Source of the DNA: a virus
Taxonomy: Duplodnaviria; Heunggongvirae; Uroviricota; Caudoviricetes; Herelleviridae
Length of the DNA: 64,000 nucleotides
Virus record (IMG/VR): IMGVR_UViG_2974502414_000001
Reading direction: 5' to 3' (one strand)
The notes under the pieces were generated by a model. That model had not been told where the DNA came from and did no database searches. It was given only the letters and a program-made list of their open reading frames with translations. The position numbers were made by a program, and so were the translations under genes. Below are positions 35,163 through 43,883 of the stretch, piece after piece. Numbering within the stretch: position 1 is the first letter of the stretch; each line of letters opens with the position of its first letter.

Positions 35163-35665
35163 TACTTAACTTCCTCCTCTGCAAATACTTTACCATGTTC
35201 CTCGGTATCTTCTTCATCTTGAGAAGGTGCTGAACCACCATCAATTTCATCTTCAATAGCAGGTACTTCATCACTATCATCTGTGTCAGGTTCTGCATTG
35301 TTTTCGTAGCTGTCTATCTCAAAAGTACTAGTGTTATTTGCATTTGCTTGCCATTGAACGAATTCATTAGGGTCTTTACTATCACGAGGTTTAAGATAGT
35401 CTGTTTGAACAATATCACTATCTTTAAGACCTTTAGTATTATTATCAACAATAATACCTAAACCTGCTAATAGTGTTAGTATAGAACCTACAATATTTAC
35501 ACCTTGCTCAATTTGAGCTGAGTAGTCTAAACCGAAAGCACCTATAATTTGGTTAGCAAATAATGCTACTGCTGATATAATTGCTACCCAAAATGTTTTG
35601 CTCTTAGTTCTTGTGCTAAGGTTTATTCCTCCAACAACTTTAGGTTGTTTAGTTTCATTAGCCAT
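35162..35665 (-). CDS. holin
   Basis: 167 aa; two TM helices then acidic tail; immediately upstream of lysK. Confidence 0.75.
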   Translation of the reverse strand: MANETKQPKVVGGINLSTRTKSKTFWVAIISAVALFANQIIGAFGLDYSAQIEQGVNIVGSILTLLAGLGIIVDNNTKGLKDSDIVQTDYLKPRDSKDPNEFVQWQANANNTSTFEIDSYENNAEPDTDDSDEVPAIEDEIDGGSAPSQDEEDTEEHGKVFAEEEVK

Positions 35666-35749
35666 TAAAAAACCTACCTTTCTATTATATTTATTTCTAA
35701 CAATAATATAACAGTAGGTCGGTCATGTTTATCTATATTAATTTAACAC

Positions 35750-35935
35750 TTACTCATTAATTTGGTTTAGTTTTTTGATAACTTCAGACATTTGTTTGTT
35801 ATCTAAATCTTCTAATTTAGTTTCAGGAAGTAGCTCTAACTTATCCCAAACTTCTTCTTTATTAGATACTTTATTATTAATAATTGCCTTACCAACTAAA
35901 CTTTCCGTATAATATAATTGTTTTGCTGATGCCAT
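35750..35935 (-). CDS. hypothetical protein (61 aa)
   Basis: ORF track; RBS AAAGGAGAG. Confidence 0.5.
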   Translation of the reverse strand: MASAKQLYYTESLVGKAIINNKVSNKEEVWDKLELLPETKLEDLDNKQMSEVIKKLNQINE

Positions 35936-36096
35936 TTGTATCTCTCCTTTTAAATATGTAAAGTATATAGCTAGTATCGTATCCTAGGAACAAACACTTG
36001 CGCTATATACTCAATGAAATCCTACCCTCATTCGAGGACACAGCAAACCGGTTCGTCAACCGCACATATGAATTCTCAGATTTCATTTATGTAAAA

Positions 36097-36168
36097 CACA
36101 CCCTCTTTGATTTGCACAAAGACTAAGGGTTTTGGAGACCCTTGTACTACTAATTATACTAAGGGTGT
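36097..36168 (-). tRNA. trnW: tRNA-Trp (anticodon CCA) with non-canonical T-loop TGCAAAT
   Basis: manual fold: acceptor ACACCCT/AGGGTGT, D-stem GTAT/GTAC, anticodon stem AGGGT/ACCCT, loop CTCCAAA, T-stem CTTTG/CAAAG. Confidence 0.7.
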
Positions 36169-36174
36169 TTATTA

Positions 36175-36247
36175 TGGTTTCTATTGGATTTGAACCAATG
36201 ACACCTAGAGCTTCAATCTAGTGCTCTACCATCTGAGCTAAGAAACC
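36175..36247 (-). tRNA. trnF: tRNA-Phe (anticodon GAA)
   Basis: GGTTTCTTAGCTCAGATGGTAGAGCACTAGATTGAAGCTCTAGGTGTCATTGGTTCAAATCCAATAGAAACC. Confidence 0.9.
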
Positions 36248-36253
36248 TTAAAA

Positions 36254-36327
36254 CGACCCATACGAGACTCGAACTCGTACTCTCTGCCGTGACAGGGCAG
36301 TGTGTTAACCAGTTACACCAATGAGCC
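36254..36327 (-). tRNA. trnD: tRNA-Asp (anticodon GTC)
   Basis: acceptor GGCTCAT/ATGGGTC (two GU pairs), D-stem GTGT/ACAC, anticodon stem CTGCC/GGCAG with loop CTGTCAC, T-arm ACGAG-TTCGAGT-CTCGT. Confidence 0.85.
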
Positions 36328-36329
36328 AA

Positions 36330-37426
36330 AATTATAATGCTATACCCTAACCTTACCTTAATGTATAGCAGGTTTTTATATAAGCTCGAAGCAACGATTA
36401 TTACCACTCATAACAACTATATATTAAGTGAAAGGAGGTGAAATGAACAAAACGTGGTAATTGGTACTTATATAGGAAATATGTATAATCTACAAGGAGT
36501 AAGTTATTGGTTCATAAAGGAGTGTGAACAATAAATACATGAAAGAGTGAAAGTTTACTCCCTGTAGATTCTTTTTTTAATTATCAATCAAAGGAGGAAA
36601 CTGATAATTGTTAATAATAAACTATAAAGAGGAAAATATTTATAGTCACATTCTGATATAATGCAACTAAATATCCAAGCATAACCCGTCTCACGAGGAA
36701 CCTACCTATAAGACCTGTTATTAAGTGAATCACTACGATTGACTCTATTAAGGAGCTACCTTAAGTCCATCTCACGCAATTTAAAAGGGACTTACAAACC
36801 GTAAAACGGTAATAAGTTTATTAAATAATGTGATATTAACATATTAGTTAATAACTTTCACATGGTCGAAGAAAAGTAAATTTATTTGATTACCAAATTA
36901 TTTTTATCAAATATAGCTCTTTTGAACCTGTAGATTTATGCTACTTATACTGATAACCTCTATTATCTAACACATTTCTGTGCTCCAACTACAGTTAGTC
37001 GTTACAGCGTATCTTTCTAGGATTCCGCTAAGACCCTAAAAAGAAATTAAACCCTAGCCGTTATCATACTCTACAGACCTTATAAGTAAGTACCAAGTAT
37101 ACCAATCGTATTTAACAATACTAATGACGACCCATCCTACCGATATATCTCCGATAGGTTTTGATTCGTTTGATTATCTTGTACCTTATGACTACCAAAT
37201 CATTATTCAGTCACTATGCTCAGATATTTAGTTGTATTATTTATATATTAATTATAACATAATTTTTATTACTTGTCAAGTTAATTTCAAAAAAATTATA
37301 GAAGTAGGGACGTTTACCTACTTCTATTTAATTTACACAAGGATGATAACATTGTTATTGTTTTATACTGGAAAACAATGTAATAAAAACAGTGATGTGT
37401 AAGGTATTTGTTTTATTGTTAATTAT
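36330..37426 (-). ncRNA. about 1.1-kb ORF-free leader of the tRNA-Asp/Phe/Trp transcript, candidate structured RNA
   Basis: no ORF of 60 aa or more in 36408-37481; heterogeneous GC; 13-bp inverted repeat 36487-36499 / 36563-36575 plus T-run; two consensus promoters upstream. Confidence 0.3.
37251..37279 (-). promoter_or_regulatory. consensus promoter TTGACA-17-TATAAT (proximal tRNA-operon promoter)
   Basis: reverse complement of 37274-37279 = TTGACA, of 37251-37256 = TATAAT. Confidence 0.65.
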
Positions 37427-37455
37427 ATTATAGCATATACTGATACCTTTGTCAA
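37427..37455 (-). promoter_or_regulatory. consensus promoter TTGACA-17-TATAAT (distal tRNA-operon promoter)
   Basis: reverse complement of 37450-37455 = TTGACA, of 37427-37432 = TATAAT; shares box CTTGTCAAGTTAATTT with 37267 and 13228. Confidence 0.65.
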
Positions 37456-37481
37456 GTTAATTTAATACTTTTTTTAAAACA

Positions 37482-37700
37482 TTAGTTATCTTTTGTTAGT
37501 TCCTCCTGAATAGCATCCCATCTTCTTTCTGCTTCACTACGATTATCTTCTATATGTTTTGTAGTTTTACAACATTTGATACAATATATATCTTTGATAT
37601 GACCTTCTTCTCTTTTATTTGCTCTTTTTCTTGGTACTTTGAATACATTTCCACATTCTTTACATATTAAACTTGAGTAAAACATTTTTTGTCTTTTCAT
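37482..37700 (-). CDS. small C4 zinc-ribbon protein (72 aa)
   Basis: CKECGN...CIKCCK; RBS aaaaggaattgattaattATG identical to early-gene RBS family. Confidence 0.55.
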   Translation of the reverse strand: MKRQKMFYSSLICKECGNVFKVPRKRANKREEGHIKDIYCIKCCKTTKHIEDNRSEAERRWDAIQEELTKDN

Positions 37701-37824
37701 AATTAATCAATTCCTTTTCTCTTTTATTTGATAATTTAACTATATACTATATTGATAAATAAGTCAACAGTTTTCTAAAAATAATTTAAATTATTTTGAA
37801 GAATACTTTAATATCAAGGGTTAC

Positions 37825-38130
37825 AAGAGAAAAAGTACGTATTTAGAAAATAAGGAGTACTCCTATTATATATAATTATATTCTGATATAGAGTAATAAA
37901 TAATATTAAATATATAATTATAATTAATAAGGTTGGGAAAATTGATATAAACATAACTGATACTGCTTATAGATACTCAGTATAAAAGTAAAATCCCTTA
38001 GTATCAGTACTTACAGGCAAAAAAGTACGTATTTAGAAAATAAGGAGCTCTCCTATTATAGTTATATATATTTATTACTATTATTAATTACTATTTAAAT
38101 ATATAATTATAATTAACAATGTTAGAAAGT
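37825..38130. repeat. two about 110-bp direct-repeat units (37825-37940; 38015-38130), each with a 10-bp palindrome (GGAGTACTCC vs GGAGCTCTCC); inverted repeat CTGATACT/AGTATCAG (37956 / 38002) between them
   Basis: read directly: AAAAAGTACGTATTTAGAAAATAAGGAG(TA/CT)CTCCTATTATA occurs twice, 190 bp apart. Confidence 0.7.
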
Positions 38131-38177
38131 CAACAATAGTATAAATAAAAAAGTGACTACTTAAAGTCACTCAATAA

Positions 38178-38387
38178 TTAGAATACTATTTTAAAAGATT
38201 CTATTCTGTTTGGATTAATATATACTTGAGGTGAAGTTATAGCACTTTCAGTATATACTTTTATAGAGGTTTCATCCATTCCTCTTAACATATAATCTAT
38301 ATCTTGCCTATTGTAACTCTTTTCATCAGTAGATACTAAAAAGTATTTAGCTCCACTTGACATTGTTATTTCAATATGTTTTGACAT
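38178..38387 (-). CDS. hypothetical protein (69 aa)
   Basis: ORF track. Confidence 0.5.
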   Translation of the reverse strand: MSKHIEITMSSGAKYFLVSTDEKSYNRQDIDYMLRGMDETSIKVYTESAITSPQVYINPNRIESFKIVF

Positions 38388-38399
38388 CTACAATCTCTC

Positions 38400-38732
38400 C
38401 TATGCAAATTTGTTAAAGACAAAGGATAATATAGCTCCTAGAACAAGTAAAAGAACCTTCTCAGTTGTATCCTTTTTCTTAGTATCCTTAGTTTTTGTAC
38501 TTTCAGCAAGTTCTGAAATCTTTTCATCAAGTCTTTCTAATTGGACGTAAATTGCTGATTGTTTTTCACTATTGACAGCTACATCTTTATCTATACTAAC
38601 TATCATTTTTCTTAGTTCAGCTACCTCAACTTCTAAATCTTTGAAAGTTCCTCTATCTATATAATTACCTTCTTGTATCTTAGACTTAATAGTTTCTACT
38701 TGAGAAACAAGGTTGTTTATCTCCTTATCCAA
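38400..38732 (-). CDS. coiled-coil protein with C-terminal TM anchor (110 aa, TTG start)
   Basis: ORF track; RBS AGAGGTGA 6 nt before TTG. Confidence 0.5.
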   Translation of the reverse strand: MDKEINNLVSQVETIKSKIQEGNYIDRGTFKDLEVEVAELRKMIVSIDKDVAVNSEKQSAIYVQLERLDEKISELAESTKTKDTKKKDTTEKVLLLVLGAILSFVFNKFA

Positions 38733-38744
38733 CTAGAATCACCT

Positions 38745-39107
38745 CTAAGGTCTAACCGTTTCAGATTCAGAATGGATATCATAATTTTCTAAGAAATCAT
38801 TGATAATCTCCATATAATTATCCGTAACGACTTTTCCGTAAGATGTTTTTGTATCAATTTCAAACCTAAGCTTACCAAAACTTTGGAGGTCTAATTCTTT
38901 TATTACAATATTAGGGTCATCAGAAGGAAGGTAATAATAGTCGAAGTATATAATTGAGCCATTTATTAATACTCTGTCTATTCTATAGACGTGGAAATAG
39001 CGTCTGTCTCTTTTAAAATGGGCTAGTGCATCTTTAAACTCTAACTTAAGGATATCCTTATATTTAGTAAAAGTGGTAACCTCCTTACTATTAATTTTTA
39101 AATTTAC
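38745..39107 (-). pseudogene. 120-codon open frame with strong RBS (AAGGAGG, minus-strand 39086-39080) but no ATG/GTG/TTG start; overlaps upstream ORF out of frame
   Basis: manual translation ...TTFTKYKDILKLEFKDALAHFKRDRRYFHVYRIDRVLINGSIIYFDYYYLPSDDPNIVIKELDLQSFGKLRFEIDTKTSYGKVVTDNYMEIINDFLENYDIHSESETVRP; protein-like composition. Confidence 0.35.
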
Positions 39108-39370
39108 TTATTTTGTGGTATAATAGTTATGATAAAGGCAGTTATTATAATTATATTAAGAATAATGATAATAATTATTTTTTCTGAGAAAATAAGCCAA
39201 ATACTAAAAACAGATAAAGCATAGATAGCTGATAGATATACTATATTAAGAGTTACCTTACTTTTATCTTTTCTATAGATAGAATAACCTAAAGACGTTG
39301 TAACACCACTAAGTATAAAATAATAGAAACAAAAAAGAGGTATAGACAGAAAAAAAGATACGATAATCAT
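39104..39370 (-). CDS. small polytopic membrane protein (88 aa)
   Basis: ORF track. Confidence 0.5.
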   Translation of the reverse strand: MIIVSFFLSIPLFCFYYFILSGVTTSLGYSIYRKDKSKVTLNIVYLSAIYALSVFSIWLIFSEKIIIIIILNIIIITAFIITIIPQNK

Positions 39371-39510
39371 TGTTAAACACCTATTTCTTTTTGACCTATT
39401 ATTTCTAGAACTTTTAGATTACACCACTAATATAACATTAAAAGCCAGTCATAAAAGTCAATTGTTAGATTAATAATATAATAAAAAAAGACAATAGGAG
39501 GTTAAAGTGG

Positions 39511-39897
39511 ATGAATAATAACATAGCTATATTCATATTCAAAACACTGGTTATCATTATATTCTTACTACTAATTTTGTCTGTTATTAATTCCTTGTCC
39601 CTTATTTACTCAATAAGACCGAGTGTAGTTATGACATACTTTATCTTTGGTGGTATTGTTTCTAATGTCGCACTTACTGTAACAGATAAGTTCTTACTGA
39701 AGAAAGAAGACCCCCTACCTGAATATGTTCTTAAAAAAGTAGAGATAAATGATAAAGAAATAAGAATAATCAAGAAAATAATAGAAAGTAATTATGGTAT
39801 AACAGCAGAAGAGATAAAAGTTAGGGCTAAAGCACAAAGAAGAGTAGAGGAAGATAGTAAAAAGGAAGATTACAATGAAAACAAAGAAAGAAATTAA
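39511..39897 (+). CDS. membrane protein (128 aa), first gene of plus-strand late block
   Basis: ORF track; RBS AGGAGG. Confidence 0.55.
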   Translation: MNNNIAIFIFKTLVIIIFLLLILSVINSLSLIYSIRPSVVMTYFIFGGIVSNVALTVTDKFLLKKEDPLPEYVLKKVEINDKEIRIIKKIIESNYGITAEEIKVRAKAQRRVEEDSKKEDYNENKERN

Positions 39898-40153
39898 AGA
39901 ACAAAGGAAAGAACTTAAGGATGGTGCTACATCTGTTTCTTTAGTAAAAAAGGGAGATAAGAGAATAGCTAGCCCTAGTAGAATTTGTAGTCTATGTGGT
40001 CAGCAGTTATCAGGTATGAATTACACTAAAGGAAAAGCATTATCAAAAGTTAATCATTTTCATTTACAGTATTCTAAGTATATTTATTTTGATATTTGCG
40101 CAGATATCAACAATTGTTATAAAAATTTAAGAAAACGAGGTGAAATGGATTGA
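39875..40153 (+). CDS. hypothetical protein (92 aa) with Cys pairs
   Basis: ORF track. Confidence 0.45.
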   Translation: MKTKKEIKEQRKELKDGATSVSLVKKGDKRIASPSRICSLCGQQLSGMNYTKGKALSKVNHFHLQYSKYIYFDICADINNCYKNLRKRGEMD

Positions 40154-40560
40154 GTGCAGAAAATATTAGAGATATAATTAACAAGAAAAAGTTAGAAGAA
40201 GAGGATACAAGAAAATATATAGCTGATGGGTTTATGAATGGTATCGGTAAATTAATGTACGAATTTAATAAGAAAGTAGATAACAAAGAAATAGAAGTTA
40301 AAGACCCGAATGATTTATACAAATTATTTGTGATATTCTCTCAAATGCAAAATATGGTCAATGAAACTTCTGAAGGAGGAGCAATACCTCAACTATCTAG
40401 ACCTCAACAGGAATTATTTGATGAGATTACAACAGAAGATAGTAATGGAGAATCTACAGTTGATTTACAGAAGATATCAGAAATGTCAGCGGAAGATATT
40501 ACAGCAATGATTTCTGAAAAGGAAAAAGTAATGAATGAGGAAAATTCAGAAACATTCTAA
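40150..40560 (+). CDS. hypothetical protein (136 aa) directly upstream of terL; positional candidate for small terminase
   Basis: ORF track; position only. Confidence 0.5.
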   Translation: MSAENIRDIINKKKLEEEDTRKYIADGFMNGIGKLMYEFNKKVDNKEIEVKDPNDLYKLFVIFSQMQNMVNETSEGGAIPQLSRPQQELFDEITTEDSNGESTVDLQKISEMSAEDITAMISEKEKVMNEENSETF

Positions 40561-40574
40561 GGAGAAAGATATAA

Positions 40575-42392
40575 ATGGATGGAAAAGAACTAATTAAGAT
40601 AGCACAAGAAACATTTCAAACTGAAAAAATAACAAGAGAACAGATAGACCATATAATCAATATGCTAAATCCTTCTACCTATATGCTTAAGTATCATACA
40701 CTGAGAGGGCATCCTATAACTTTTAGTATTCCTAATAGAGATAGAAGTAAAGCACAGGCTCATAGACCTTGGCAAACTAGGATTGTAAATGATACTCATC
40801 CTAATAAGGCTGTAATAAAATCACGTCAGTTAGGTCTTAGTGAAATGGGTGTAATGGAAATGGTTCATTTTGCAGATATGCATAGTTATGCTAATGCAAA
40901 GTGTCTGTATACATTCCCTACAAACGAACAAATGAAAAAATTTGTTCAGTCACGTTTGAACCCTGTTTTAGAGAAAGAATATTTTAGAGACATTGTTGAT
41001 TGGGATAAAGACTCGTTAGGTTTTAAAAAGATAAGAAACTCTAGTTTATTCTTTAGAACAAGTTCTAAAGCAAGTACTGTAGAGGGTGTGGATATTGACT
41101 ATTTATCTTTAGATGAGTATGACAGGGTAAACTTATTAGCAGAATCGTCTGCATTAGAATCAATGTCTTCATCACCTTTTAAGATTGTGAGAAGATGGAG
41201 CACACCTTCTGTACCTGGGATGGGTATACACAAATTATACCAACAATCAGACCAGTGGTATTACGGTCATAGATGTCAACATTGTGATTACTTAAATGAA
41301 ATGAGTTATAATGATTACAACCCTGATAATCTTGAAGAAAGTGGAAATATGTTATGTGTTAATCCTGAAGGTGTAGATGAGCAAGCTAAAACAGTACAGA
41401 ATGGCAGTTACCAATTTGTTTGTCAAAAATGTGGTAAACCACTAGATAGATGGTATAATGGTGAGTGGCATTGTAAGTACCCTGAGCGTACAAAAGGTAA
41501 TAAAGGGGTACGAGGATACCTAATAACACAAATGAACGCTGTATGGATTTCTGCTGATGAATTAAAAGAGAAAGAAATGAATACAGAATCTAAGCAAGCA
41601 TTCTACAACTATATTTTAGGTTATCCTTTTGAAGATGTTAAACTTAGAGTTAATGAAGAAGATGTTTATGGTAACAAATCACCTATTGCAGAAACACAAT
41701 TAATGAAACGAGATAGATATTCTCATATAGCTATTGGTATAGATTGGGGAAATACTCACTGGATAACTGTTCATGGTATGTTACCTAATGGTAAGGTAGA
41801 CTTAATACGATTATTCTCTGTTAAAAAAATGACAAGACCTGATTTAGTTGAAGCAGATTTAGAAAAAATAATTTGGGAAATATCTAAGTACGACCCTGAT
41901 ATTATAATTGCAGATAACGGGGACTCAGGTAATAATGTTTTAAAACTCATTAATCATTTTGGAAAAGATAAAGTATTTGGATGTACTTATAAATCTTCTC
42001 CTAAATCTACCGGACAATTAAGACCTGAATTTAATGAGAACAATAATAGGGTTACAGTGGATAAATTAATGCAGAATAAAAGATATGTACAAGCACTTAA
42101 GACAAAGGATATAAGTGTTTATAGTACAGTAGATGATGATTTAAAAACTTTCTTAAAACATTGGCAGAATGTTGTTATTATGGATGAAGAAGATGAAAAA
42201 ACTGGAGAAATGTACCAAGTTATCAAACGTAAAGGTGACGACCACTATGCACAAGCAAGTGTCTACGCCTATATAGGATTAACAAGAATAAAAGAACTTC
42301 TTAAAGAAGGAAACGGTACAAGCTTTGGTTCTACATTTGTTTCTACTGATTACAATCAAGAAGGAAATAAACAATTCTACTTTGATGAATAG
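40575..42392 (+). CDS. terL: terminase large subunit
   Basis: 605 aa; recognised Kayvirus TerL-like sequence, uninterrupted. Confidence 0.85.
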   Translation: MDGKELIKIAQETFQTEKITREQIDHIINMLNPSTYMLKYHTLRGHPITFSIPNRDRSKAQAHRPWQTRIVNDTHPNKAVIKSRQLGLSEMGVMEMVHFADMHSYANAKCLYTFPTNEQMKKFVQSRLNPVLEKEYFRDIVDWDKDSLGFKKIRNSSLFFRTSSKASTVEGVDIDYLSLDEYDRVNLLAESSALESMSSSPFKIVRRWSTPSVPGMGIHKLYQQSDQWYYGHRCQHCDYLNEMSYNDYNPDNLEESGNMLCVNPEGVDEQAKTVQNGSYQFVCQKCGKPLDRWYNGEWHCKYPERTKGNKGVRGYLITQMNAVWISADELKEKEMNTESKQAFYNYILGYPFEDVKLRVNEEDVYGNKSPIAETQLMKRDRYSHIAIGIDWGNTHWITVHGMLPNGKVDLIRLFSVKKMTRPDLVEADLEKIIWEISKYDPDIIIADNGDSGNNVLKLINHFGKDKVFGCTYKSSPKSTGQLRPEFNENNNRVTVDKLMQNKRYVQALKTKDISVYSTVDDDLKTFLKHWQNVVIMDEEDEKTGEMYQVIKRKGDDHYAQASVYAYIGLTRIKELLKEGNGTSFGSTFVSTDYNQEGNKQFYFDE

Positions 42393-43206
42393 AGGTGAAA
42401 TAGACTTGACAGATAAATTATTTTATGGTACAATTAGTAATGAAGAAATTAATAAAAGTGTATTGAATTTGTTATTGGGTGAGGAATTATCCTTAGATTA
42501 TGTTTCTAAAAATAGTGATACTTTAGATGTTAAATATGAACATGTTTATAAATCTCTAGGATTCGATAATTTCTTTGATTGTTTTTTATATGCTAATAGA
42601 GAGCCTGAAATAGTCCATAAAGGTGGAGATAAAAATCTTGGTGGACTAAATAAGGTTAAACGTACTGTTATTCGTAATGGTAAAGAAATGGAAATGACAG
42701 TTTACGAAGATGGTAATAAAGAGAACGATAGTAAAGAAAAACAAGAAGGAAAAGAAGAAGTTAGTAGAAGTGCAGTAGGAGCAAGAGCTATTTCTAATGG
42801 TGAAGAAGGAAAGGTAAACCCTAAAAAGGTAGCAAATTCATTATCTAATTTAAGTAAAAAAGGTGTAGATGTATCCCATATTAATACAAACTCATCATTG
42901 TATAAAGAGTTTGTTGATGATAACGGTGATACAATAGGAATTACATCTTTTAAACGAACTGAAAATGATATAATATTAGAATCTTATGCAAGTTCACCTG
43001 ATTCAGATGGTGTAGGAGCAAGAGCTATTATGGAATTATTACGTTTAAGTATTAAGGAAAATAAAAATGCAGTTGTGTATGATATAGAATTACCTGAAGC
43101 AGTAGAGTATTTAAAAACTTTAGGATTTAAACCTAATAAAGATGGATACATCTTAAGAAAAAAAGATGTAAAACAATTCTTAGGTGATTATAGTGATTTT
43201 ATTTAG
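42385..43206 (+). CDS. hypothetical protein with GNAT-like C-terminal region (273 aa; start moved to MNRGEIDL overlapping terL stop ATGAATAG)
   Basis: duplicated AVGARAI/GVGARAI motif resembling acetyl-CoA binding motif A. Confidence 0.55.
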   Translation: MNRGEIDLTDKLFYGTISNEEINKSVLNLLLGEELSLDYVSKNSDTLDVKYEHVYKSLGFDNFFDCFLYANREPEIVHKGGDKNLGGLNKVKRTVIRNGKEMEMTVYEDGNKENDSKEKQEGKEEVSRSAVGARAISNGEEGKVNPKKVANSLSNLSKKGVDVSHINTNSSLYKEFVDDNGDTIGITSFKRTENDIILESYASSPDSDGVGARAIMELLRLSIKENKNAVVYDIELPEAVEYLKTLGFKPNKDGYILRKKDVKQFLGDYSDFI

Positions 43207-43366
43207 CACTATAGTCATCTATTCTATTGTATTTATTCTATATATTGTATTAAAAACAATTTATATAAAGTCTAATATGAGTAGAATAGATAACACAACT
43301 GAATTATTAAAAATATTACAGGAAGATATTGAAGGTAAGATAAAAAAGGAAGGAAGAAATAAATGA
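43184..43366 (+). CDS. small membrane protein (60 aa)
   Basis: ORF track. Confidence 0.4.
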   Translation: MIIVILFSTIVIYSIVFILYIVLKTIYIKSNMSRIDNTTELLKILQEDIEGKIKKEGRNK

Positions 43367-43842
43367 CTTTAGAAGAAAATAAATTAACATTAGAAGAATC
43401 AATAACTCCACTTAGCAAAGAGGAGAAAGAAGATAGTATTAAAGAATTTAGCAGTTTATTATGTGAAATGGTAAATAGACTATATAAGTCTTATAATGTA
43501 TTTAGACAAGACCCTATGGATGAAACTCAACGTCTAGATGGCTCTTTAATGGTCTTTCAAAGTAGATTAAATGACCCTTTAACAGGAGATTTACATGATA
43601 AGATGTATAAACTTGCTTTTTCAAAACGTATTGATATTTTCGAAGCTAATAAGCAATTTAGAAAAGATGTAGAAGCAGGTAAAGCAATTGAGTTAGGTGA
43701 TGTAGCTATTATAGATACAGCATTAAGTAACATCCTTTCAGGCAATGAGTTCCAAGGAAGTATTTCATTTATGCTTAGAAAAGACTTTGAAGAAAAAGAA
43801 CGAATTAGAAAAGAAGAAGAAGAGAAACTTAATAACTTATAA
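43363..43842 (+). CDS. hypothetical protein (159 aa)
   Basis: ORF track. Confidence 0.55.
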   Translation: MTLEENKLTLEESITPLSKEEKEDSIKEFSSLLCEMVNRLYKSYNVFRQDPMDETQRLDGSLMVFQSRLNDPLTGDLHDKMYKLAFSKRIDIFEANKQFRKDVEAGKAIELGDVAIIDTALSNILSGNEFQGSISFMLRKDFEEKERIRKEEEEKLNNL

Positions 43843-43883
43843 AAGGGAAGAATTATGAGACTATATAAAATGAGGTATCATAA

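Noticed and set aside
36213-36407. ORF-track CDS (64 aa, minus strand)
   Set aside because: Overlaps tRNA-Phe and tRNA-Asp; spurious.
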